A stretch of 64,000 nucleotides of DNA from a virus, in the IMG/VR virus record IMGVR_UViG_3300010399_000035, positions 21,036 to 85,035 of that record, one strand, 5' to 3'. Shown piece after piece: positions 1 to 9,310 of the stretch (positions within the stretch are counted from its first letter, which is position 1; each line of letters starts with the position of its first letter). The position numbers were made by a program, and so were the translations under genes. The notes under the pieces are model-generated. The model had not been told where the DNA came from. It saw nothing but the letters and a program-made list of their open reading frames with translations, and ran no database searches.

Positions 1-99
1 GCCGAGATGTTGCCCAACTGGAGACAATACTCCGGACCGTTAATTGGTTTTGAATTACATCAGTTCCCCGGCAACAATAGCTGGGATGCGGTTAGCTAA
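1..99 (+). CDS. 3' end of a partial CDS, probably a tail/neck protein
   Basis: Frame 1 is open from base 1 to TAA at 97-99, directly upstream of the tail tube-like gene. Confidence 0.5.
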   Translation, partial: AEMLPNWRQYSGPLIGFELHQFPGNNSWDAVS

Positions 100-146
100 T
101 CTATTAGCTACTACCTTGGATTAGCAGCGATAGTTCAGGAGATACT

Positions 147-1145
147 ATGCCAGCACCAGCTATTAACATCATTGGTGGGGATCAAGCAATTGTACGCTTC
201 TTGCCTGAATCCACCGACCTAAGTCTATACCCATTCTCTACCATGCCTTCGGTGCCGGGTGGAACGCCACAGCTGTTCGGCGTGACTCGCGTACCGCAAA
301 AAGACCGTCAGCGGAGCAACAAGAAACTGTTCTCGGCGGGATCTCCGTTCGGCATTGCCAACGTTCGCGGCGTGCGAGCGTACATGGTGAATGTAGAAAT
401 CAACATTGCCAACTTGGCAGTGTTGGCTTATTGCGTTCGCAACGGCTACAACAATAGCGTACAGACTACAGGCTATAAGGGTCTACCCGACCTATGCTTG
501 TTCATCGACTATGTAGACACCTATGGCGAGGGCAACGGGTACTCCTGGATCATTCGCTATGCCAAGTGCGACACCGGCTCCATCTCCATCCAGATGAACG
601 GGCCGGAAATTACGGCACAGCTTCGCTTCATTGGTATTGCAGAGTATCCGAATGGTTCGCCGCTCTCCATGACGATGTCCCAGCTGGACACCGCCATCCG
701 CACCTTCGGCGAAGCACTGACTTACCACCATTTGGTTTCGTTGACGGTGGGTAGCGATCTCCGCCCAATCCTGAGCGGCATCAACTACCAGTTCAACAAC
801 AACGTGCACGGTTCGCAAGCAGCCCGCCCCTCTTCTGGAGCGGACGGTCGCTTATGGAACACGCACTACTCGCTGAAGCCTGGGAACCTGAACGTCTCCG
901 CAGACTTATCCTTGGATAGTGATATTCCGGCAGCCCTAGCTACCAGTGCTTTCACGTCAGACGCATGGGGCGACATCATTGCAACCATCAACAATGCGGG
1001 GACTGGCGGATCCAAGGTACAGGTAATTACCCTCACAGATGCACTGCTAGGCACCGACTCTGCTGGAGGCGGAGATTCTGGCCAGGACATCCCCTTCTCC
1101 GCCAACGTGACCGGCGACGCATTGGTGATTGCGAATACGTTCTAA
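147..1145 (+). CDS. Major tail (tube) protein, putative
   Basis: 332 aa, AGGAG RBS, beta-rich composition, position before chaperone and tape measure genes. Confidence 0.6.
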   Translation: MPAPAINIIGGDQAIVRFLPESTDLSLYPFSTMPSVPGGTPQLFGVTRVPQKDRQRSNKKLFSAGSPFGIANVRGVRAYMVNVEINIANLAVLAYCVRNGYNNSVQTTGYKGLPDLCLFIDYVDTYGEGNGYSWIIRYAKCDTGSISIQMNGPEITAQLRFIGIAEYPNGSPLSMTMSQLDTAIRTFGEALTYHHLVSLTVGSDLRPILSGINYQFNNNVHGSQAARPSSGADGRLWNTHYSLKPGNLNVSADLSLDSDIPAALATSAFTSDAWGDIIATINNAGTGGSKVQVITLTDALLGTDSAGGGDSGQDIPFSANVTGDALVIANTF

Positions 1146-1151
1146 CCGAAA

Positions 1152-1248
1152 GCCCATCTTCTGGGAGAGATGCTCCGCGTTCTTTGCTACCTACAACAGC
1201 TTGCTGTATACTGGTAGTGTGTGCGGAGATCTCTCCCAGAAGAGGGCC
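1152..1248. repeat. Inverted pair of dispersed motif A (reverse copy 1152-1178, forward copy 1223-1248)
   Basis: GCCCATCTTCTGGGAGAGATGCTCCGC and GCGGAGATCTCTCCCAGAAGAGGGCC read directly. Confidence 0.9.
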
Positions 1249-1287
1249 ATAAATTCGACTAAATCCGAGAGTAGTTGAAAAGGAATC

Positions 1288-1863
1288 ATGCCCGACGAAC
1301 CGACCAACCTATCCGAGAAGATGGCCGCAACTGCTGCTAGTGATCCAGAAGCTGCATCCTACCTAGAGCGCAAGGCCCGCGAAGCTGAACAGCAGCAAAC
1401 GAAGTCCGTCGTGGGTGATACCAAGCGGCTGAAGTTCACTTCGGTGAATGGCAAGCCAATGAAGTACATCACGCGCCCTTCGCAACGTACCGAGGATACC
1501 TACGAACTTGTGGTGCATCTGGAGCCTGGGTTTGCGGTGGCCATTGATATCCTGCCGGAGATTACCTTAAGGGAGCGTACGCGTGAGCTCCAGCGTATCC
1601 AATCCGATGGGCGGGCGTTGGCGAATGTGGATATGAAGGAGTTAGATAAAGCCTATGATAGGGCTGACGAGTTAGCGGACGAAGAGAAGGCCCTCTACGT
1701 AGATGTCATCCGTAGCCAATGTAAAGGCTGGACTAATCCGGAACCGTTCAACGTAGATGAGTTGCTGGCCGACTTGAACGCTATCGGCCGCACCACGCTT
1801 GGCGACGAGATCATTGGATCCTCTTCGACAGGGCGTCCGGGCACTGTGCCGCTAAAAAACTAG
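1288..1863 (+). CDS. Tail assembly chaperone (gpG-like)
   Basis: Lies between tube and tape measure genes; ends in slippery A-AAA-AAC before TAG. Confidence 0.75.
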   Translation: MPDEPTNLSEKMAATAASDPEAASYLERKAREAEQQQTKSVVGDTKRLKFTSVNGKPMKYITRPSQRTEDTYELVVHLEPGFAVAIDILPEITLRERTRELQRIQSDGRALANVDMKELDKAYDRADELADEEKALYVDVIRSQCKGWTNPEPFNVDELLADLNAIGRTTLGDEIIGSSSTGRPGTVPLKN

Positions 1864-2114
1864 TCTACCGGGTCGTTGAACAGGGTGAACCGGCACTCCA
1901 GAAACTTGGTCGTGGAGAGACTCAAGCAGACTTAGACCTACTGAAAGACTTCCTGTGGTCCTTGGGCTCACCGGAAGTCTTTTCGTTAGAGGAGATGACC
2001 CAGACGAATAGGTTGCGATTGCGCGACTTGGCCGTATCCTGGCATTTGAACCAAGCCCATATCCTATTCGATATAAGGAAGTTGCTGTTGAAGTTGCTGC
2101 AGAAGCCGGTGTAA
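1288..2114 (+). CDS. Tail assembly chaperone, -1 frameshifted long form (gpGT-like)
   Basis: Heptamer AAAAAAC at 1854-1860; the -1 frame is open (LVYRVVEQGE...LLQKPV) to TAA at 2112-2114, filling the gap before the tape measure gene. Confidence 0.75.
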
Positions 2115-2127
2115 CCTATAACTGCTA

Positions 2128-3918
2128 ATGGCCTGGTTTAACAACGTAGCTTCGATCCGTACCAGAGCCCGCATCTCCAGCCACGGAGTTGGCGGGACCA
2201 TCTCCGGCAATGCCCTCGGCGGCGCTATCGCGGCACGCGCTCGCTTGGGGGCACACCCCAGCCTGATGCTGGGTGGCAACCCAGACACGGCCCTGGGTAG
2301 TGTAGTGCAGATGTCGGTGTTGGCGTTGGGCTTGTTCGGCACGGCGCTAGGCAGCATTGTGCTCACCGTTCACAAAGTTGAACGCGCGATGAGCGAGTTC
2401 TCCAGCAATATTCAGACCCTGTCCAATAATACGGGGATGGGGTACGGTCAATCTATTGGCGTACAGGGTCGCTTCGGGGCGTTCGGCATGAATGCGGCGG
2501 AGATGTTCTCTGGGACGGAGAGCATGCCGATGTTCTTCCGCGCCAAGGCCCAAGGCTATGGTCTGCCAGGGTACGAGGATCCCCATTTTATATCATCGCT
2601 AGCACAGAGGTATCAGGCCCAAGCCAGCCAAGGACCTACTGGCCTGCTCATGGCGCGGACCATGCTGCAGAATCTGGGGCTGGATTCACCGCAAATGCTG
2701 AATACGGTGAACCTCTCTCCCAGAAGAATCCGCGAACAAGAACAGTTCCAGACTCGGATGCAGAGTGCTTTCGGATTGAACCCTGCGGCCATTCGCCGTT
2801 GGGCGGAGGAATTCCCGCTGCTTCAGGCCAGGGTTGGCTCGTTCTTCCAACTGCTTTGGGTGAAGATAGGTACGCTAGTTTCGCCCTATATTCTGGGAGC
2901 ACTGAACTTAGCTACAGCGCTCATGGAGCGGTTTGGCGGGGTTATTGGGCGTGGGCTGCAGAAAGGTGCGGAAGTTGGCACGTACTGGATTGGTAAACTA
3001 TTCGGACTGTTCTATGTATACGGACCGCTGGCGTTCCTAAGTATGGAATCTGCAGCACTGAAGATGATGAGCATTATCGGCCATCTTGGCATCATGATTG
3101 CGGCGCTCTATAAGAATACTATAGGCAGGTTCCTTAGTCCAACGCTTGGTTCTATGGCCGCTCAAGTACCGCAAGCCTTGGGGGACGCTTCCTTGGGTGC
3201 GGAAGCCGTCACGAACTGGGTTGCCAATAAGGTAGGCGGGGCTGTCGTAGATCCGTGGCAGCCAGGCAGCCCAGCTAAGTCTAACCAAGTGCCAGCAGCC
3301 GTTAAACACAGAGCCACCCATTCGGTACATAATCGTATAAAGTCACGCCATATGGGCTTCGATCCGTTCGGTATAGACGAAGCCTTGAATCCAATGCTGC
3401 AGCACGGTATAGACAATCTGAAGTTCTGGTTTCGGCCGCTACCTGACCATCACTACGGTCTGGACGATCTGACGGAGGGCTACCGCTATATGCGTGGCGG
3501 TGGTGGAGGCCACCAGCAATATATCCAGAAGCGGTCTGCCGACATCCAGCACCAGCAGCGAGCTATAAAGCAGTGGCAAGCTAGCGGAGCGAATCCACGT
3601 ACACGTCCAGTTACGCCCGATATCCCTTCTGCCCAAGGCGGCAACCAAGGACCAGAGGACTCCAACTTCATCACCGCTTTCACCGATCCCAAGATTGCTG
3701 AAATCGATAAGCAGATCGCCCAAATCAACACAGGCTCTCGCCAGAAAGACTGGGACAAGATATGGGGCGATATGCTGAACGAGATCAAGGGTCTCCGCCA
3801 GGATATCGACGAGAAGTCAGGTGCGGTTGGCTTCCCTGAGTTCCGTGCCCTGATGAAGTTGCTAGGTCGGGAGATGGGCTCCGATATTCTGCGAACCTCG
3901 TATAAGGGTGGTGGGTAG
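2128..3918 (+). CDS. Tape measure protein
   Basis: 596 aa, Ala/Gly-rich and helical with hydrophobic stretches; follows the frameshifted chaperone. Confidence 0.7.
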   Translation: MAWFNNVASIRTRARISSHGVGGTISGNALGGAIAARARLGAHPSLMLGGNPDTALGSVVQMSVLALGLFGTALGSIVLTVHKVERAMSEFSSNIQTLSNNTGMGYGQSIGVQGRFGAFGMNAAEMFSGTESMPMFFRAKAQGYGLPGYEDPHFISSLAQRYQAQASQGPTGLLMARTMLQNLGLDSPQMLNTVNLSPRRIREQEQFQTRMQSAFGLNPAAIRRWAEEFPLLQARVGSFFQLLWVKIGTLVSPYILGALNLATALMERFGGVIGRGLQKGAEVGTYWIGKLFGLFYVYGPLAFLSMESAALKMMSIIGHLGIMIAALYKNTIGRFLSPTLGSMAAQVPQALGDASLGAEAVTNWVANKVGGAVVDPWQPGSPAKSNQVPAAVKHRATHSVHNRIKSRHMGFDPFGIDEALNPMLQHGIDNLKFWFRPLPDHHYGLDDLTEGYRYMRGGGGGHQQYIQKRSADIQHQQRAIKQWQASGANPRTRPVTPDIPSAQGGNQGPEDSNFITAFTDPKIAEIDKQIAQINTGSRQKDWDKIWGDMLNEIKGLRQDIDEKSGAVGFPEFRALMKLLGREMGSDILRTSYKGGG

Positions 3919-3938
3919 CTCCAGCTGGAGCGAGTAGT

Positions 3939-5870
3939 ATGGGGACCTTCCGCGCATATACACTTAATAGCAAACAATACGTAGAGATAATTGCTACTGC
4001 TCTACCCGCCACAGATCGTAAGTGGGCAGGACTGTATGCACCTACTATACTAGGTAATATGGTAGACGGCGAATGGTTCTACTTTTGGGGCGCATACGCT
4101 CACTATGATTCATTTACTATAGACCTAGATCACCCGCAGAATACAGGGCCTTTCGTCTGGAGCAGCAGAGCACCGCTACCCAACTTCGTGACTATCACAG
4201 ACCTAGGTGGAGGTAACTTCAATTGGACTGTGCTCGTTAGCGGACCCAACTTCGACAATAGTAACGCTCAGCTGCCTGGAACGTTATACTTGATGAGCGG
4301 TGGGGTGCTATATCGCGCATATGTTGAAGTTATGACTGATAGCGAGAATGCATTCGTTCTGTCCGGTAGCGCTATGAGACGGAGGTTTACCGCAGAAATA
4401 GTATGGCGGCCTGGATTCCAGTATGTATCGTTTCCAGGGCCTACAACATTAGGGGCTCCAGCAACCTACGAGTGGATAGTGGTTCACGAAGATGGGAGCT
4501 CTGAATCGGTTTCTACGCTCCCAAAGCTAGATATAGACCCTCTCAAGCCAGCGTCGGGTGGGTTGTACAATACAGGACAAAGTCCATATCTACCTAAGCT
4601 ATACGCTCACACCTTAGACAGCCACGGTACAGAGGCCGACTGGTATCCGTCGAATGCTGGAGGTATCTTTGGATCATTTGGGTTCTACTGGAACTACTTC
4701 ATCCCTACCGCCAAAATCAAGGTAGATAACGGTACTAACCTCGGTTCCGGTAACTGGAGCGTGGACGACACCTTGGCTATTCTGGACGCTTCGGACTCGT
4801 TCGATCCCGACGGTACTATCGTAAACTATCATTGGATGATTGGATCTCCGCTCCAGAAAACGTATGATACTCCGGGACCCATCCTTCCGCTTGACTTCGA
4901 CGAAGGCTATCATAACTTGATTCAAGTACAGGTAACGGACAACGAAGGCTTCCAAGCTACTAGTCCGTATATCTCGCTACAGGTAGGAATCCGTGCTCGG
5001 CTGCTCTACGATAAGCATCTTCGTGCCCTATACTACTTCTATGCGGGATATCCGTTGTTCGTCAAGTGTGCTACTTCGTTCAACTTGGCTAGCTTCGATA
5101 CTTCCCAGGCAGTGTACACGTATCTGCACTTCTTTACCTTCGGAGAGCAGGCCATAGCGGCCACTAGCGCACTAGCAGCCTTCATGCTAGGCTCCATGCC
5201 TGCAGTAGCCTATACCTCCGGAGACTACGGTATCCAGTTATTCTACTCCAAGGATCATGGCGCGTCGTTCGTGCATACTCCGCTCTACGCAAACGCAGGG
5301 CTTTACGGCGGACTTTACAACGAACACACACGATCGCTCTTCATGCTGGGTATCACTACATACGGAGGACCTATTCGCCGCTTTTGCGCCCGCTACAATG
5401 GAGCGAACTGGACCACCGAACCAGCCGTAGACATACCTACGCTACCTTCAAGCAGCGTGGCGAATTGGCACCTTTTCTGGAGAGGCTCCACGTTGATGGT
5501 TGTGGTGGAGCACGACTCCGTAATCGAAATGTATGCCTCCAAGGATGACGGCTATACCTTCACCCTCCAGCACACCATTCCTGGCGGATATTCCCCGATG
5601 AGCGCCCGGTGGAATGATCATACACTGTCGGCGTATATCCTGTCCAGAAAAACGGGCGACCAAACCAACGTTTATAGGATCGTGGCCCGCACCAATGGCA
5701 ATGGGGATTGGGCGCATGACGATATAGCCCCAGTTAGCGGGATTCTAGCCGACTCTACGGGACTGGCGCACGAGATCGGCCAAGGGTCCGCCTATGCGAT
5801 TTCTCGCGCTGGAACGGCTTTAAACGCTGTGATTTCGAAGGATGAAGCATACAGCTACTCGGGGATTTGA
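3939..5870 (+). CDS. Minor tail protein with PKD domain and BNR/Asp-box repeats
   Basis: LDASDSFDPDGTIVNYHW (PKD-like); SKDHGASF, SKDDGYTF and SKDEAYSY Asp-box-like motifs. Confidence 0.6.
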   Translation: MGTFRAYTLNSKQYVEIIATALPATDRKWAGLYAPTILGNMVDGEWFYFWGAYAHYDSFTIDLDHPQNTGPFVWSSRAPLPNFVTITDLGGGNFNWTVLVSGPNFDNSNAQLPGTLYLMSGGVLYRAYVEVMTDSENAFVLSGSAMRRRFTAEIVWRPGFQYVSFPGPTTLGAPATYEWIVVHEDGSSESVSTLPKLDIDPLKPASGGLYNTGQSPYLPKLYAHTLDSHGTEADWYPSNAGGIFGSFGFYWNYFIPTAKIKVDNGTNLGSGNWSVDDTLAILDASDSFDPDGTIVNYHWMIGSPLQKTYDTPGPILPLDFDEGYHNLIQVQVTDNEGFQATSPYISLQVGIRARLLYDKHLRALYYFYAGYPLFVKCATSFNLASFDTSQAVYTYLHFFTFGEQAIAATSALAAFMLGSMPAVAYTSGDYGIQLFYSKDHGASFVHTPLYANAGLYGGLYNEHTRSLFMLGITTYGGPIRRFCARYNGANWTTEPAVDIPTLPSSSVANWHLFWRGSTLMVVVEHDSVIEMYASKDDGYTFTLQHTIPGGYSPMSARWNDHTLSAYILSRKTGDQTNVYRIVARTNGNGDWAHDDIAPVSGILADSTGLAHEIGQGSAYAISRAGTALNAVISKDEAYSYSGI

Positions 5871-6319
5871 TCATGGCAGACGAACCGGCTACCAAGATCG
5901 AACTAGATCGAATGGAGGCACACTTTCGCGAGCTACTGACGGCAGAGCGGGATGCTCGCCAGACACAACAGACTACCAATAAAGAAGCCTTAGACTTGCA
6001 GGCGAAAGAGTATGGACGGCGATTAGATGAGCTGAACCATGCACACGCGACTGCCCTAGAGGTACAATCCAAGACTGTAACGAGAGAGATGTTCGATCAG
6101 TATCGAGAGAGCCAAGCGAAGGAACAAGCCTCGTTCGAGCATGAGATTCAAACGTTCAAGGATTCAGTGAATCGATTCATCACCCAAGAAACGACTAAGT
6201 CGATGGAGTATGCGGGACAGTCTGCTCGCAGTTGGGCGGTTGGAATGTTGATTCTGTCGGTGATTGCTACTGTCATTCTGCATTTTATTTTCCCTGCAAC
6301 AACCGCATTTCCTAAGTAA
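5867..6319 (+). CDS. Coiled-coil protein with C-terminal transmembrane helix
   Basis: Charged helical N-terminus; hydrophobic WAVGMLILSVIATVILHFIF. Confidence 0.6.
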   Translation: MIMADEPATKIELDRMEAHFRELLTAERDARQTQQTTNKEALDLQAKEYGRRLDELNHAHATALEVQSKTVTREMFDQYRESQAKEQASFEHEIQTFKDSVNRFITQETTKSMEYAGQSARSWAVGMLILSVIATVILHFIFPATTAFPK

Positions 6320-6321
6320 AA

Positions 6322-9012
6322 ATGCCCTACAATCAATCCACGGAAAACCGAATACGGGTCTACAATGCGAACTCCATCCCGAACTTGGATCGTAACTCCT
6401 ACGCACACGCGGTGGACCTCACCAGCGTAATGGGCCGCAACTTCGGGCAGAGTGCGGATAACCAGAATGTAGGCATGGGCTTGGCTGGCATTGGCAACTC
6501 GCCGAACACTTGGTACGGACAACCACAGTTCAATGCGAACGAACTGTCGTGGTTCCGCTTGGGGCCGGATGGTACCTTCTATCAGGGGATGGATTCGCTG
6601 GGGCATACCAACGAACTCGGGCTCCAAGGCTTCATGCTGGTGCGACGAGAGTTGCCGTACGACTGCCAGATCATCCCCGCGAAGACTGGCGATACGCAGC
6701 CCATCGGTGCCCTCGGCTTCAACCCGATGCATTGGATTCCCACAACTGGACTTACACTACCAAATGGGCAGAGTGCATGGAAAACGGTAGGTTCATCTAC
6801 CAGTCCACTGGCCACGCGGATTGCCCACCTTACGCAAGCGCCCAACCAACGCGTGATTGCAACTAGTGTGGAGTCGGCTCCAGCGGACCTATCCTTCATG
6901 GTTCCGATCGACTTCATGGGGATTGCGGAAGGACATCTAGTCCCACCCTACCTCCGCTATACGTGGGCGAATGGGAAGTATGCCATCCTCTTGATGCACA
7001 ATCACTACCCAGTGATTGAACGGTGGACTAACGATCCCGCGTGGAATAATGGCATTCCCAGTTTAGCGCCCTGGCGAACGCTCTCCGCTACGGCTAAGAT
7101 TCGCATGGATGGCCCTAAGCAGCACTCCCATATGGTGCTGATTGTGCGGCAAGTAGGCGGCATGCTGGTCGTAGACTTGGACTTCGGCGACTTCTGCTAT
7201 CGCGAATGGATCGCGGACATCATCGCGCCCACACTCTCTGCGGACACCCCATGGGGTAGCCCAAGCAACCAAGATATCCGCATTCGGGATATCTCGTGGG
7301 ATCAAGGCGTATACTCTGTAGAGCTCTACGGTGCACTGGCCACTGTGGGCTACGCAGCTATTGTATATCGAGATGTACTCGTCCCAGGACAACCGGCAAC
7401 CGGACTGTCGGGCACATTCGAACAGTTCATCGCCACTACCTACGCTCCACCAGGCGGGTCTGCCAGTGGGGGCGGATCGGCAGCTGGTTGGATCCGTAAG
7501 AACACCAACGTAGACATTCAGAGTACCTGGACCACGGCCAACAAAGGTGGCTTGCTGCATACCCGCGTGACGCTGAATGCCGACGACCCTGAATATGTAG
7601 GGGCTGCTCCCGGTATCCATACTCCGGTTGTCTATAGATATGTAACTAGTACTACCAATCTTCTTGCTCCGGGAGGCCCACCCTACTTGGAGCTCCAGCA
7701 GTTCCTGAAAGGGTCGGGTAGTATTCAGTCTGGGGAAGAAGATGCCGTAATGGCGGAGGCAGACTTTACCCTCGACCGTGACCGGATGCAAGATACACCT
7801 GGGTATAGCACATGGCAAACATATCTGCAGGATCGACATCTGGTGACCTGGGAGCAGCAATGGACGGACTCCGCCCAGACTCCAGGCGGCTTCGTAGAAC
7901 TCTTCCGTGGGTACATCTCCGGTATTGACGAGACTTCCGGATCCGAACCGTTCGAGTTCGACGCCACCGTCCACATGCAGGACATGATGATGTGGCTAAG
8001 CGAAGGCTACGCGGTTGTAGATGAGCGATACTTGCCGCTGGATTGGTTAGTGATGCAAACTGGCGAACCTCTCTATGGCACCGCTGGCTTCCGCTACATG
8101 ATTAAGCTGGTGTTTGGTCAGGACGAAGCGGACAAGGTCAACGGTGGACCAGACAACGATCTACGTTGGTTCTCCGCAGGACATGCGGCCCTGATTGACG
8201 GCATCAACGATCAGTATGGTATTGTTCCTTCGCTGACCACGCTCCAACTCCAACCAGCCACGCGCAGTGGATTTAAGTACCCACCGCCACGTGGAGATAG
8301 TGTGCTCTCGTGGGCGAACACGATCCGCGAACAAGACAGGGCCGTGATTATATATGGCATCCCTCCGGGGCAGACCACGCGCTGCTTCATGTATGGGCGG
8401 CTGGACCTCATCGAAGCGGAACGGGCTGCTCAACCATTGATCGAACTATTCGATACGAACTACACCACCGCTTCGATCAACGGTCTGCTGGGCGAGATGT
8501 CTACGCATACCCTCCCCGGTACCTCGTACAACGTGATCGAAATCATCTGGGGCGGAGGCGTGAAGGCTAGCCAGATGGGCATCCTTCCGCCAGCTTTCGT
8601 TGTCAGCGCACGCTTGCCGGACACCGATCCATACAACTCTCCTGCTTTAACCGGCGAGCGGAAGCTGGTGATGCAACTCGAGTGGGTCACGGATCGGCGT
8701 ATGGCGCAGGAGATTGCAGACTACACGGTCAGCTTGTTTGCTAACACTCGTCACGAAACTATCCAATTGAATGCTTTGCGTGGCGTGCAAGGGACAGACT
8801 TCGGCAGACTCTGTGCACCGCGCCTGAACGGAACCTATTCGGATACTACGATCAACTTAAACGCCTACGGCAGTGGGAGCACAGTTCAACCAGACAGCGA
8901 GTTGCTAATCATGCACTATCGCCACGACTTCGCCTTCGATGGCGATAGTCCGGACAGAGCGTTCACAACTAACCTAAGTTGCCGCTTCAAGACAAGAGTC
9001 GCGGGGGTATAA
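6322..9012 (+). CDS. Large minor tail / baseplate hub-like protein
   Basis: 896 aa in the tail module; function inferred from position only. Confidence 0.55.
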   Translation: MPYNQSTENRIRVYNANSIPNLDRNSYAHAVDLTSVMGRNFGQSADNQNVGMGLAGIGNSPNTWYGQPQFNANELSWFRLGPDGTFYQGMDSLGHTNELGLQGFMLVRRELPYDCQIIPAKTGDTQPIGALGFNPMHWIPTTGLTLPNGQSAWKTVGSSTSPLATRIAHLTQAPNQRVIATSVESAPADLSFMVPIDFMGIAEGHLVPPYLRYTWANGKYAILLMHNHYPVIERWTNDPAWNNGIPSLAPWRTLSATAKIRMDGPKQHSHMVLIVRQVGGMLVVDLDFGDFCYREWIADIIAPTLSADTPWGSPSNQDIRIRDISWDQGVYSVELYGALATVGYAAIVYRDVLVPGQPATGLSGTFEQFIATTYAPPGGSASGGGSAAGWIRKNTNVDIQSTWTTANKGGLLHTRVTLNADDPEYVGAAPGIHTPVVYRYVTSTTNLLAPGGPPYLELQQFLKGSGSIQSGEEDAVMAEADFTLDRDRMQDTPGYSTWQTYLQDRHLVTWEQQWTDSAQTPGGFVELFRGYISGIDETSGSEPFEFDATVHMQDMMMWLSEGYAVVDERYLPLDWLVMQTGEPLYGTAGFRYMIKLVFGQDEADKVNGGPDNDLRWFSAGHAALIDGINDQYGIVPSLTTLQLQPATRSGFKYPPPRGDSVLSWANTIREQDRAVIIYGIPPGQTTRCFMYGRLDLIEAERAAQPLIELFDTNYTTASINGLLGEMSTHTLPGTSYNVIEIIWGGGVKASQMGILPPAFVVSARLPDTDPYNSPALTGERKLVMQLEWVTDRRMAQEIADYTVSLFANTRHETIQLNALRGVQGTDFGRLCAPRLNGTYSDTTINLNAYGSGSTVQPDSELLIMHYRHDFAFDGDSPDRAFTTNLSCRFKTRVAGV

Positions 9013-9013
9013 A

Positions 9014-9235
9014 ATGGCCGACGTCACCGGACACCAATGGCAAGAACGACTTCGCGGGATGGCCGTACGCAAGGCCGTAGACCAATCCATCAAACTAGGG
9101 CCGCTACGCGAAGCAACTCTGTCGGGCTCCAACCCACCCAGCGTAGGTACCAGCGGCATGTTTGAGCAAGACGGCACCTTCAAAGGCTGGATGCGTTGCG
9201 GAGATTTGCCAGGCTCCGCGAAGCCATTGATATAG
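9014..9235 (+). CDS. Small hypothetical tail-module protein
   Basis: Starts immediately after the preceding stop codon. Confidence 0.55.
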   Translation: MADVTGHQWQERLRGMAVRKAVDQSIKLGPLREATLSGSNPPSVGTSGMFEQDGTFKGWMRCGDLPGSAKPLI

Positions 9236-9238
9236 AAC

Positions 9239-9288
9239 GCGGAGCACTCTCTCCAGAAGATGGCCGCTCTTCTGGCAGAGATCTCCGC
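9239..9288. repeat. Fused dyad of motif A (forward + reverse half-sites)
   Basis: GCGGAGCACTCTCTCCAGAAGATGGCCGCTCTTCTGGCAGAGATCTCCGC, intergenic. Confidence 0.9.
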
Positions 9289-9310
9289 CCGACTCGTATA
9301 GGATACCATA

